From the NCBI GenBank assembly GCA_041748855.1, contig JBGTCK010000051.1:8525-72524 (forward strand): a stretch of 64,000 nt of DNA. The letters run 5' to 3'. The notes below the pieces were generated by a model, which saw nothing but the letters and a program-made list of their open reading frames with translations, did not search any database and had not been told where the DNA came from. A program made the translations under genes and the position numbers. Within the stretch, counting starts at the first letter, position 1. Each line of letters starts with the position of its first letter. Positions 28,914 through 37,614 of this stretch are shown here, in pieces. The stretch comes from Acidimicrobiia bacterium (GTDB lineage Bacteria > Actinomycetota > Acidimicrobiia > Spongiisociales > ZC4RG35).

Positions 28914-30290
28914 ATGACCCTGTGGCAGGGCCGGTTCGAAACCGGGCCATCCGACGACCTCCGTGCGCTCAACGACAGTCTGGCGTTCGACATCCGCATG
29001 TTCCGCGAAGACATCGCCGGTTCTCGTGCCCATGCCCGGATGCTGGCCAAGGTCGGGCTCCTCTCCGGAGACGAGTCCGATGAGATCCTTGCCGCTCTCG
29101 ACACCATCGAGGCGCAGATTGCTGGTGGTGAGTTCGAGTTCGTCGAGAGTGACGAGGACATCCACACTGCCGTCGAACGGGGCGTGACTGCGATCACTCC
29201 TGCCGGGGCCAAGCTGCACACCGGGCGGAGCCGTAACGACCAGGTAACGACCGACCTCCGCCTCTGGACCAAACACGCAATCGACACCACCCTGACCCTC
29301 GTCCATCAGTTGGAGAAAACCCTCCTCGCTCGGGCTGCGGAAGCAGATGAGACAATCCTCCCCGGCTATACCCACCTCCAGCAGGCGCAACCGGTGACCC
29401 TTGCCCACCACCTCCTCGCTCACGGCTGGGCGCTGGCACGTGACTTCGACCGACTCCTGGACGCGAGGAAGCGCCTCGATGTCTCCCCACTGGGCGCCGG
29501 GGCATTGGCCGGATCGACTCTCCCTATCGATCCCGAACTGACAGCCGCCGATCTGGGCTTCGGGTCGGTGTTCGAGAACAGCCTCGATGCCGTCAGCGAC
29601 CGTGACTACGTCGCCGAGACCCTCTTCGCTCTCAGTTTGCTCGGGGTGCACCTGAGCCGGATCGGCGAGGAGCTGGTGGTTTGGTCCTCTACCGAATTCG
29701 GTTACGTGCGGATGGGCGAGACTCACTCCACGGGCTCGTCGATGATGCCTCAGAAGGCAAACCCCGACATCGCCGAACTGGCCCGGGCCAAGTCGGGCAG
29801 GTTGATCGGCAACCTGACCGGGCTACTGGTCACACTCAAAGGCCTCCCCCTCGCCTACAACAAAGACCTCCAGGAAGACAAGGAGCCACTCTTCGACTCT
29901 TTCGACACCATCCAGCTCCTTCTCTCCGCAGTCGACGGGATGATCGCCACTCTGACCTTTGATACCGAAAGGATGGCCGCCGGCGCCGGTTCGCCTTACC
30001 TGTATGCGACCGACCTCGCGGAGTGGCTGGTGGCCCGGGGGACTCCCTTCCGCGAAGCCCATGCCATCGTGGGCGGACTGGTCAGCGAGTCGCTGGCCGG
30101 AGACCGGTCGTTTGGTGATCTGGTCCGGGACTCTTCGGCTCTCGACCCCGAGGCGGCCGCAACTCTCGATCCGGCCACCGACAGACGGGGCACCCGGGGT
30201 GGAGGCACACCGCAGGCCGTCGACCGTCAGATGGCCCACTTCGAGGAACTGATCACAACGCAAGAGAATCTCCAGAAGCAGCACAACTGA
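28914..30290 (+). CDS. argH: argininosuccinate lyase
   Basis: 458 aa with the fumarate-lyase signature GSSMMPQKANPD. Confidence 0.95.
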   Translation: MTLWQGRFETGPSDDLRALNDSLAFDIRMFREDIAGSRAHARMLAKVGLLSGDESDEILAALDTIEAQIAGGEFEFVESDEDIHTAVERGVTAITPAGAKLHTGRSRNDQVTTDLRLWTKHAIDTTLTLVHQLEKTLLARAAEADETILPGYTHLQQAQPVTLAHHLLAHGWALARDFDRLLDARKRLDVSPLGAGALAGSTLPIDPELTAADLGFGSVFENSLDAVSDRDYVAETLFALSLLGVHLSRIGEELVVWSSTEFGYVRMGETHSTGSSMMPQKANPDIAELARAKSGRLIGNLTGLLVTLKGLPLAYNKDLQEDKEPLFDSFDTIQLLLSAVDGMIATLTFDTERMAAGAGSPYLYATDLAEWLVARGTPFREAHAIVGGLVSESLAGDRSFGDLVRDSSALDPEAAATLDPATDRRGTRGGGTPQAVDRQMAHFEELITTQENLQKQHN

Positions 30291-30312
30291 ACCCAGGTGT
30301 CAGAATCCCCGG

Positions 30313-30783
30313 ATGCGAAAGCTCCTGTTCATAGTCCTGCTCGGCCTTTCAGCCTGCGGGTCAGGCGAACTCAGGGGCCAGGACCTGGCAGACCTCCCGC
30401 CGATCACCGGGGAGGAAATGGCCGCCACCCTCGCCGGGTCAGACAAGCCCGCTGTGGTCAATGTCTGGGCATCGTGGTGCGGGCCCTGTCGATCCGAGGC
30501 GCCGTTGCTTACCGCAGCCCATGCCGCTTACGGTGACGAGATCGACTTCATCGGTGTCGACGTCCAGGACAACCAGGCCGACGCCAAGAACTTCATTGCC
30601 GAATTCGGGCTCGACTTCACCCACTACTTCGACCGGAACCGGTCGGTGCCCGACTTCTACGGGGGCTTCGGGACCCCGATCACGTTCTTCTTCGACAGCG
30701 CCGGCACCCTGGTCGACACCCATCTCGGCGTCATCGACGAACGGGCGCTGGCCCTCGGCATCGACGAGATCCGAAGGAGGTAA
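30313..30783 (+). CDS. TlpA/ResA-like thiol:disulfide oxidoreductase lipoprotein
   Basis: 156 aa with the lipobox LGLSAC and the thioredoxin-fold motif NVWASWCGPCRSE. Confidence 0.8.
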   Translation: MRKLLFIVLLGLSACGSGELRGQDLADLPPITGEEMAATLAGSDKPAVVNVWASWCGPCRSEAPLLTAAHAAYGDEIDFIGVDVQDNQADAKNFIAEFGLDFTHYFDRNRSVPDFYGGFGTPITFFFDSAGTLVDTHLGVIDERALALGIDEIRRR

Positions 30784-30785
30784 CC

Positions 30786-31448
30786 GTGGAGTTCACGCTG
30801 CTCTGGGCAGCGCTCACCGGTGTCGCCGGACTGTGGATCGGAGTCCGATTCTGGGCGCATGGCGAGATGGACTCCCTGTTCGACAACCTGCTTCTCGCCG
30901 CCGGGGTCGGGTTACTCGGTGGCCGGGTGACTGCGATGGTGGCCCAAGGGTTGAACCCGGTGACCAACCTCGGAGACCTCATCATCGTCCGCGGCGGGGT
31001 GAGCACTGTCACCGCCACCGTCCTCGCTGTTGCAACCCTCTATCTGAGCACCGGAAGAGAAATCCGGGCTCTCGACATGGCGGCCCCGGCAGCCCTGCTC
31101 GGACTCGCCGGGTGGCACCTCGGGTGTCTCTGGCGCGGGGCTTGTCTCGGGACCGCCTCGAATCTTCCTTGGGCCTGGTCAGGTGCCGGAAGTGACATCA
31201 CCCGTCACCCCGTCGAGATCTACGCCGCCCTCGGAATGGCCCTCGGAGCTTTGGTTGTCAACCGGCTCCCAATGCACACCGGAATCCGGTCGGGGACGGC
31301 CCTGGCCCTGGCGTCGGGCGTCAGGTTGGGTACCGAGCCGTTCCGACTCTCGATCACCGGCGGGCCCGTGGAGTGGTACGCGGTCGGGGTCGTCCTTGGC
31401 GTCGCCGCAGCTGCGTTCTCCGCAGGCCGGCAGCGAAAGCGAACTTGA
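30786..31448 (+). CDS. divergent Lgt (prolipoprotein diacylglyceryl transferase) family membrane protein
   Basis: 220 aa (GTG start). It has Lgt-like motifs GLLGGRV, RGGVS, RHPVEIYAAL (compare RHPSQLYE) and GVRLGTEPFR. It is shorter than canonical Lgt, and the GRLGNF region is replaced by GWHLGCLWRGACLG. Confidence 0.5.
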   Translation: MEFTLLWAALTGVAGLWIGVRFWAHGEMDSLFDNLLLAAGVGLLGGRVTAMVAQGLNPVTNLGDLIIVRGGVSTVTATVLAVATLYLSTGREIRALDMAAPAALLGLAGWHLGCLWRGACLGTASNLPWAWSGAGSDITRHPVEIYAALGMALGALVVNRLPMHTGIRSGTALALASGVRLGTEPFRLSITGGPVEWYAVGVVLGVAAAAFSAGRQRKRT

Positions 31449-31479
31449 GTGTTGTGCCCGCGACAGGGAGACTCCTGAC

Positions 31480-32124
31480 GTGAGTGAACTGTTGCGGTTG
31501 GATTCGGTCGCAGTGTCCCTGGGCGGGGTGACTGTGCTCACTGATATCAGCCTCGAAATGGGGTCCGGTGACGCGATCGCGGTTGTCGGACCGAACGGGA
31601 GCGGGAAGACCACCGTCTTGCGGCTGCTGGCCACTCTGCTCCGGCCCGCCCATGGCACCGGAATCGTCCTCGGAGCCGATCTCGGCGGGGTTGTCGAGCG
31701 GTCGGTGCGGACGTCGATTGGCCTGATCACACATGCTCCGGCCCTCCTCGATGAACTGACCATCTCCGAGAACCTGATCCACTTCTGTCGGGTCTCGGAG
31801 CGCCCGGAAGTTGCGGTACCAAAAGCCCTGTCAGCGGTCGGCCTGGAGAACGTGGCCGACCGTTTGGTGGCCCGCTGCAGTTTCGGGATGAAGCGGCGGG
31901 CGGAAATTGCCTGGCTCCTCATCGCCAAACCGCGACTCCTTCTCCTCGACGAGGCCCGTTCCGGCCTCGACATCGAGGCAAGGAGCCTCGTCGACTCACT
32001 GGCCAGGCTCACCCGTGAGCGCGGGGGTGGGGTCGTTGCGGTGTCACACGAAGAGGGCGACCTGAGCCCGGACCTGGTCGCAGTGCACCGGCTCCAAAAC
32101 GGACGGCTGGAGCGGGTGTCGTGA
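31480..32124 (+). CDS. ccmA: heme exporter ATP-binding protein
   Basis: Start placed at a GTG 9 nt downstream of a GGGAG RBS. Walker A is GPNGSGKTT and Walker B is LLLLDEA. Directly followed by ccmB and ccmC. Confidence 0.8.
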   Translation: MSELLRLDSVAVSLGGVTVLTDISLEMGSGDAIAVVGPNGSGKTTVLRLLATLLRPAHGTGIVLGADLGGVVERSVRTSIGLITHAPALLDELTISENLIHFCRVSERPEVAVPKALSAVGLENVADRLVARCSFGMKRRAEIAWLLIAKPRLLLLDEARSGLDIEARSLVDSLARLTRERGGGVVAVSHEEGDLSPDLVAVHRLQNGRLERVS

Positions 32125-32795
32125 GCCTGTGGCGACAGTCCACAGAAGTGATGCGAGTCGACCTGGTGGTGGAACAGCGCATCGGAGACACTTTCCGCAT
32201 CGTGCTCCCCTTTGCGGTGGTGGCCCTGATGATCTTTTCCCTGGCAATACCGGCGGGTGTCAGCGACGTCGGCGACGTGGGCACGGCTGTCTTCTGGGGG
32301 GTTGCCATTCTCTACGGGATGCAGGTTGCTTTGCGCACCTCTATGAGCGAGACGGAACAACGCAAGGACATCGCAATGCTCCTCGGCCTCGACCCGGCAG
32401 CCCGGTTCCTCGGAAGGTCGATGGCTGCGGCCTTGTTCCTCATCGTCTTTATGGGAGTCCTCTTCATCGCGATGGTATTGCTCTTCAATCCGGACCTCCC
32501 CCGGGGTTGGGTCTGGTCGGCCGCACTGGCAATTTTCCTGGCGGCGGGCGGCCTTGCGATGCTCGCCACCCTCGCCGGCGAGGTTGCGTCGGGTCTCCGC
32601 AACCGCTCCGCACTCGCATCACTCCTGATCGCCCCCCTCGCCATTCCCCTGGTCGTCGGGGCCTCACAGTTGCTCGAATTTATGGCGGGGAACAACGGTA
32701 TCCTGATCTGGATTCTGCTTCTGATCACAACAGATCTGGCCCTGCTGGTCGCAGGAGTCGGGCTCTCCAGACCGCTAGAGGAAGCGTCACGATGA
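32121..32795 (+). CDS. ccmB: heme exporter permease
   Basis: 224-aa, 6-TM protein between ccmA and ccmC with 4-nt overlaps on both sides. Confidence 0.8.
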   Translation: MSLWRQSTEVMRVDLVVEQRIGDTFRIVLPFAVVALMIFSLAIPAGVSDVGDVGTAVFWGVAILYGMQVALRTSMSETEQRKDIAMLLGLDPAARFLGRSMAAALFLIVFMGVLFIAMVLLFNPDLPRGWVWSAALAIFLAAGGLAMLATLAGEVASGLRNRSALASLLIAPLAIPLVVGASQLLEFMAGNNGILIWILLLITTDLALLVAGVGLSRPLEEASR

Positions 32796-33502
32796 GACGA
32801 GTACAGATAATGCTCCTGATCGCCGCACTGGCCCTGTCCGTCGGCGTTTACCTGGCGTTCACCGCACCTCTCGATGCCCTTCAGGGTGAATTCACGGCAA
32901 TGCTCTACATCCACGTCCCGACTCTGTGGCTTGCCTTCCTTGCTTTCGGAATCACCGCTCTCGGCTCGATCATGTACCTGATCGGGAAGAAACCCCGCTG
33001 GGATCGCGCCGCGGAAGCTTCTGCCGAGATCGGAGTCCTTTTTGCTGTCGTAGGGGTCTTCAGCGGGATGGTTTGGGGCCAGGCCGTCTGGGGCCAGGCG
33101 TGGGACTGGGGTGATGCCCGCCTGGCGACCACCGCGGTGATGATCTTTGTCTACATCGGATACCTCGCACTGCGCAAAGCAATCCCCGACCCCGACGTTC
33201 GGGCCCGCAGATCGGCCATCCTCGGGACCATCGCCGTCATCCAAGTGCCGCTCGTCTATTTCTCGGTCAACCTCTTTCGCACGCTTCACCAGACCCAGTC
33301 GATCCGCCCCGACGGCGCCACCATGGATCCTGAGATGCTGGTTGCCCTGCTCGTCAACGTCGTCGCCTTCACCATCCTCTACGCAGCGCTGTTCATGGGG
33401 CGCACCTACGTTGCCCGCCTCGAAGCGGCCCGGGTTTCGGAAAGAGCACCGGCCGGCGAAGCCGTCTCACCTCCCCGGCTCAAGGAGATCGAGGATGTCT
33501 GA
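32792..33502 (+). CDS. ccmC: heme exporter/heme lyase-associated protein
   Basis: Start at an ATG overlapping the ccmB stop (ATGA). The Trp-rich WWD motif WGQAVWGQAWDWGDARL is present. The N-terminal 220 codons of the 457-aa ORF overlap ccmB out of frame. Confidence 0.85.
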   Translation: MRRVQIMLLIAALALSVGVYLAFTAPLDALQGEFTAMLYIHVPTLWLAFLAFGITALGSIMYLIGKKPRWDRAAEASAEIGVLFAVVGVFSGMVWGQAVWGQAWDWGDARLATTAVMIFVYIGYLALRKAIPDPDVRARRSAILGTIAVIQVPLVYFSVNLFRTLHQTQSIRPDGATMDPEMLVALLVNVVAFTILYAALFMGRTYVARLEAARVSERAPAGEAVSPPRLKEIEDV

Positions 33503-33596
33503 TGCTCTCGTCGTCGTCGTGACCTACACAGTGGTGTACGGGGCCGCTCTCGGTTACGCCGCCTATCTCCACATGCGCTGGAAGCGGGCGCGGTAG
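33495..33596 (+). CDS. ccmD: CcmD-like small membrane protein
   Basis: 33-codon ORF MSDALVVVVTYTVVYGAALGYAAYLHMRWKRAR: one TM helix with a basic C-terminus, in the canonical position between ccmC (8-nt overlap) and ccmE. Too short for the supplied ORF track as a stand-alone gene. Confidence 0.5.
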   Translation: MSDALVVVVTYTVVYGAALGYAAYLHMRWKRAR

Positions 33597-33598
33597 CC

Positions 33599-34006
33599 AT
33601 GGAGCACCGCACTCTGGTTCTTTCTGGGATCGGAGGGATCATCGCACTCATCATCACCATGTCGCTCATCGGCCTGGGCGACAACCTCACTTACTACCTC
33701 TATCCCACCGAAGCCGTCGAACGACGTGCGGACTTCACCGACGGGGAAAACTTCAGGTTGGCCGGCGCCGTGGTGGAGGGCAGCCTGTCCGAGGAAGGCC
33801 AAGACCTCGTCTTCGATGTTTCTGACGGCGGCGCGACTATCCCGGTCAGGTTGACCAACACTCCTCCTCCGCTGTTCGACGACACGGTCCCGGTGCTGCT
33901 CGATGGTGCCTGGGAAGGTGACACCTACGTCGCGACGAATGCTCTCATCCGCCACGACGAGAACTATGTCGTACCGGAAGAGGGAACCCCGGCCGAGGAA
34001 AGCTGA
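33599..34006 (+). CDS. ccmE: cytochrome c maturation heme chaperone
   Basis: 135 aa with an N-terminal TM anchor, an OB-fold and the heme-binding motif RHDENYVVPE (HxxxY). Confidence 0.85.
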   Translation: MEHRTLVLSGIGGIIALIITMSLIGLGDNLTYYLYPTEAVERRADFTDGENFRLAGAVVEGSLSEEGQDLVFDVSDGGATIPVRLTNTPPPLFDDTVPVLLDGAWEGDTYVATNALIRHDENYVVPEEGTPAEES

Positions 34007-36033
34007 TGGCACTTTCCCTCCTCGGGACCGCCGGAATCCTCGCCGGGCTCCTCGGGGCGGTCCTTCTTGCGTACCGGGGTGTACAGACCGCCCGGTCGGC
34101 AACCGGTGTCGGCGATCTGGCACCTCCCGCCAAACTCCTACTCGGTGGATCCGTTGTCGCGATGCTCGCCATCGAACTGGCGCTCCTGACCAACGACTTT
34201 TCGATCTCCTATGTCGCCAACCACCACGCCTCCACCACTCCGTTCCCGTTCAACGTTGCCAGTGCCTGGGGTGCCCTCGAAGGCTCGATCGTGCTCTGGG
34301 GCCTGGTGCTCGCAGGGTTCACCTGGTTCGTCCTCAGGCAATACCTGAAAGGGCCCGATCATCTCGGTGCGGGGGCCCTGGCGGTTCTCGGCGTGATCTC
34401 AATGTTCTTCTTCGGGCTGATGATCACTGTCTCCAACCCGTTCGAGGTGTGTGTGCAGGCGGCTGAGCAGGCTTGCGCCGTCTCCAGCCCCTGGCCCTTC
34501 TCGTCGATCGACGCACCGGCCGAGGGCGCCGGCCCCAATCCCCTTCTCCAGAACCACATCATGATGGCGATCCACCCCCCGATGCTCTACCTCGGATATG
34601 TCGGGATGTCGGTTCCATTCGCTTATGCAATCAGTGCTCTCGCCCTGAGGGTCCCGGGGCCGGTGTGGCTCCGCCGGTCGCACCGTTCCACCCTGGTGGC
34701 CTGGAGCTTTCTCACCGCCGGCATCGTCCTCGGTGGGTGGTGGGCGTACGAGGTGCTCTCCTGGGGTGGGTACTGGGCATGGGACCCGGTGGAGAATGCG
34801 TCGTTCATGCCGTGGCTGGTGGCCACCGCCTTCCTCCACTCCGCGATCGTTCAACAACGGCGGGACATGCTGCAGGCCTGGAACTTCGTTCTGGTCATCT
34901 CGGCCTTCTCGCTGACAATCCTCGGCACCTTCCTCACCCGCTCGGGCACCATCAACTCCGTCCACTCCTTTACCCAGAGCGCAATCGGCCCGGTATTGCT
35001 CGGGTTCCTCGCCCTTGTCCTGGTTGGATCATTCACGCTCTTCGCCAGCCGCTCCCACCTGGTGAGCTCAGCCCCCCGCATCGACACCTTCGTCAGCCGG
35101 GAGGGTGCATTTCTAGCCAACAACCTCCTGCTCACGCTCTACGCCTTCGTGGTCCTGATCGGAACGACCTACCCGCTTCTCGTCGAGGCTTTCACCGGCA
35201 CCCAGGTGGGGGTGGGAGCACCCTTCTACAACAGGCTCGCAGTTCCGCTCACGTTCGCCCTGCTGCTGGTGATGGGCTTCGGCCCGATCACACCGTGGGG
35301 AGAATCGTCCCCCGGAATCATCTGGAGGAGAAGCCGCGTGCCGCTGGTGGCCGCAGTCGGCGCCGGCCTAGCGGTCGCTCTCTTCGTCAGCCGAATCGGC
35401 TGGGTGGTGTTGGCAGTGGCTCTCGCCACCTTCGTCACCGGCACGATCATCGGGCTTCTGTTCGAACAGGCCGGGCGGCGCGCCGCAAGACGTGAGCTGT
35501 CCCTGGTGGGCGGACTTCGTGAAGTTGTCAGAGGCGACACCGCATTCTGGGCGGGGCAAGTGAGCCACATTGGAGTGATCCTGGTGGCGTTGGGAATTGC
35601 CTTTGCCGCCAATCTGGCGTTGCACGAGACGGTCGTCCTCGAGGCGGGCGAGTCGGTCGGGTTCGCAGGCTACGAGCTCGTCTACGAGGGGCCGTTCCAG
35701 TTCGAAGAGCCGCAGCGGATCGTGCGCGGAGCCCGAATCACCGTGCTGAAGGACAACCAGTTCGTTGCAGTAATGGAGCCGACCAACAATTTCTACGGTT
35801 CACAAGCTTCCGGGATCATCACTCCCGATGTCCTCACCCGGCCCGCAGGTGACCTCTACCTGACTCTTCGCGACCTCGACAACATCAGCGCCACGTTGTC
35901 TCTCGACACTTCGCCTCTGATCTGGCTGCTCTGGTTCGGTGGGCTGCTCGCAGCCGGAGGCGGTTTCTGGGCGATGTCGGCGCGGGCGTCCGAGCGAAAC
36001 CTGGTGACCGAGAGCACTCCGGTAGATGTCTGA
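34006..36033 (+). CDS. ccmF: cytochrome c heme lyase subunit
   Basis: 675-aa polytopic protein with the WWD motif WGGYWAWDPVENASFMPWL. Confidence 0.9.
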   Translation: MALSLLGTAGILAGLLGAVLLAYRGVQTARSATGVGDLAPPAKLLLGGSVVAMLAIELALLTNDFSISYVANHHASTTPFPFNVASAWGALEGSIVLWGLVLAGFTWFVLRQYLKGPDHLGAGALAVLGVISMFFFGLMITVSNPFEVCVQAAEQACAVSSPWPFSSIDAPAEGAGPNPLLQNHIMMAIHPPMLYLGYVGMSVPFAYAISALALRVPGPVWLRRSHRSTLVAWSFLTAGIVLGGWWAYEVLSWGGYWAWDPVENASFMPWLVATAFLHSAIVQQRRDMLQAWNFVLVISAFSLTILGTFLTRSGTINSVHSFTQSAIGPVLLGFLALVLVGSFTLFASRSHLVSSAPRIDTFVSREGAFLANNLLLTLYAFVVLIGTTYPLLVEAFTGTQVGVGAPFYNRLAVPLTFALLLVMGFGPITPWGESSPGIIWRRSRVPLVAAVGAGLAVALFVSRIGWVVLAVALATFVTGTIIGLLFEQAGRRAARRELSLVGGLREVVRGDTAFWAGQVSHIGVILVALGIAFAANLALHETVVLEAGESVGFAGYELVYEGPFQFEEPQRIVRGARITVLKDNQFVAVMEPTNNFYGSQASGIITPDVLTRPAGDLYLTLRDLDNISATLSLDTSPLIWLLWFGGLLAAGGGFWAMSARASERNLVTESTPVDV

Positions 36034-37024
36034 GCGCCTGAAGAACCTGCTGATCGCCGGTGTGACCCTGGCGATGGCGGTCGCGCTGGTGGTGCTTGTG
36101 GCCACCAATGAGTCCCCCGACGACAGGGTCGAACGGCTCGGGGCATCGATCAGGTGCCCGGTCTGCCAGGGCGAAGCCATTGGCGACTCTCCGGCTCAGA
36201 TGGCAACGGACATGATGAACCTCGTCGAAGAACGGGTGGCAGGAGGTGCCTCCGACGAGGAGATAATCGACGAGTTGCTCGGCTCGTTCAGCGGGGCTGT
36301 ACTCCTCGACCCGCCCCTTTCCGGAGCGACATTGCTTCTCTGGCTGGCGCCGGTGGCAGCTCTCTTGGTCGGGGTGGCGGTGGTCCTGTGGTGGAAGTCG
36401 CACCCCGGCCGAATCACAACGGACGATCGTCCTCCGGCCACACGCACCAGGCGCCTGGTCGGAGGGCTCATCCTCGTCGGGGGCTTCGGTGCGATTGTGC
36501 TGGTTGCCGCCACGCTGCTCCAGGATCGGGCCGGCCCCAACGAAGGTGTTGCCGACGTCGCCGACGCCGACCTCGCCGACGTCAGCAACGAGACGATGGA
36601 AGCAGTGGTCGCAGCCAACCTGGACAATCCACAGATCAACGGGATGCGTCTCGCTCTTGCCGAGAGATATTTCGCAACGGGCGACTATCGGGCAGCCTTC
36701 CCGCATTACCTGCACGTCGCCCAGGATGGGTCGTCCAGCGACGATGAAGCAACCGCCGCCCTGGTCCGCCTTGCCTGGATGGCGTATGACGGTAACGATG
36801 AGCTCGACACTGCAATCGCTCTCCTCGATGAGGCCCTGCAGATCCGCCCTGGTTTCGGGGGAGCGCTCTATTGGAAGGGCCAGGTTCTGTGGTGTGAAGG
36901 CGAGAACAACCAGGCAGCGGAGCTGTTCGAGCAGGTTCTCGCTGACAGTGAGTTCGAAGATGACACGCGATCAGCGGTCGAGGCCGACCTCGCCCGGGCG
37001 TCGGCCGGGGAGTCGTGCCAATGA
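36026..37024 (+). CDS. ccmH: CcmH fused to a TPR-like (CcmI-like) C-terminal domain
   Basis: 332 aa with the RCPVCQGEAIGDSPAQMATDM motif (LRCxxC), a TM helix, then a helical repeat region. Confidence 0.8.
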   Translation: MSERLKNLLIAGVTLAMAVALVVLVATNESPDDRVERLGASIRCPVCQGEAIGDSPAQMATDMMNLVEERVAGGASDEEIIDELLGSFSGAVLLDPPLSGATLLLWLAPVAALLVGVAVVLWWKSHPGRITTDDRPPATRTRRLVGGLILVGGFGAIVLVAATLLQDRAGPNEGVADVADADLADVSNETMEAVVAANLDNPQINGMRLALAERYFATGDYRAAFPHYLHVAQDGSSSDDEATAALVRLAWMAYDGNDELDTAIALLDEALQIRPGFGGALYWKGQVLWCEGENNQAAELFEQVLADSEFEDDTRSAVEADLARASAGESCQ

Positions 37025-37614
37025 GAGGCAACGCCATCAAGTGGGCGGGCCTAGCTATAGCCGGCGCAGCTGTGATCTTCTCGGTTGTACTCGCAAGCCG
37101 CTTCGGGATCGATCCCGGACTCGTCGAGTCTCCTCTCCTCGGTGAGACCGCTCCTGCCCTCGAGCTGCCGTTCCTCGATGGCTCGGGAACCTTCGACACC
37201 ACCGACCTGGACGGCACGATCACTGTCGTCAACTTCTTCGCATCGTGGTGTCTCGAATGCCGGAACGAGCATGCCGACCTCGTCGCCACCGCTGACGCTT
37301 TCGCCGACCGGGGGGTCCGCTTCGTGCAGATCTCCTACCAGGAGAGTGCCGGGGCTTCGTCCTCATATCTCGACCAGGCGGGTCGGTCTGCTTCGACCCT
37401 GTACCTCCACGACCCTGGGAGCAGGGCAGCAATCGCTTTCGGAGTATTCGGGATCCCGGAGACCTTCTTCATCGACGACTCCGGCACCGTCGTGGGCAAG
37501 ATCATCGGCGAGGCAACCGCTTTGATTCTGGGAGCCACTCTGGACACGATTCTGGCCGGGAATGTTCCCGGTCAGCAGGTCACCGGGGATACCCGGCAAC
37601 AGCCCGAAAGCTAG
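37021..37614 (+). CDS. ccmG: thiol:disulfide interchange protein DsbE/CcmG
   Basis: Start taken at the ATG overlapping the ccmH stop (ATGA); a GTG at 37015 is also possible. It has a TM anchor and the thioredoxin-fold motif NFFASWCLECRNE plus GVFGIPETF. Confidence 0.8.
   Translation: MRGNAIKWAGLAIAGAAVIFSVVLASRFGIDPGLVESPLLGETAPALELPFLDGSGTFDTTDLDGTITVVNFFASWCLECRNEHADLVATADAFADRGVRFVQISYQESAGASSSYLDQAGRSASTLYLHDPGSRAAIAFGVFGIPETFFIDDSGTVVGKIIGEATALILGATLDTILAGNVPGQQVTGDTRQQPES

Noticed and set aside
28263-29726. 487-aa ORF antisense to argG/argH
   Set aside because: It is a typical high-GC antisense open frame. It lies fully within two strongly supported genes on the other strand and has no recognisable domain. 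The same holds for 31179..32360, 20068..20829, 22927..23829, 25659..26402, 50039..51100, 62069..62986 and the other long shadow ORFs in the track.
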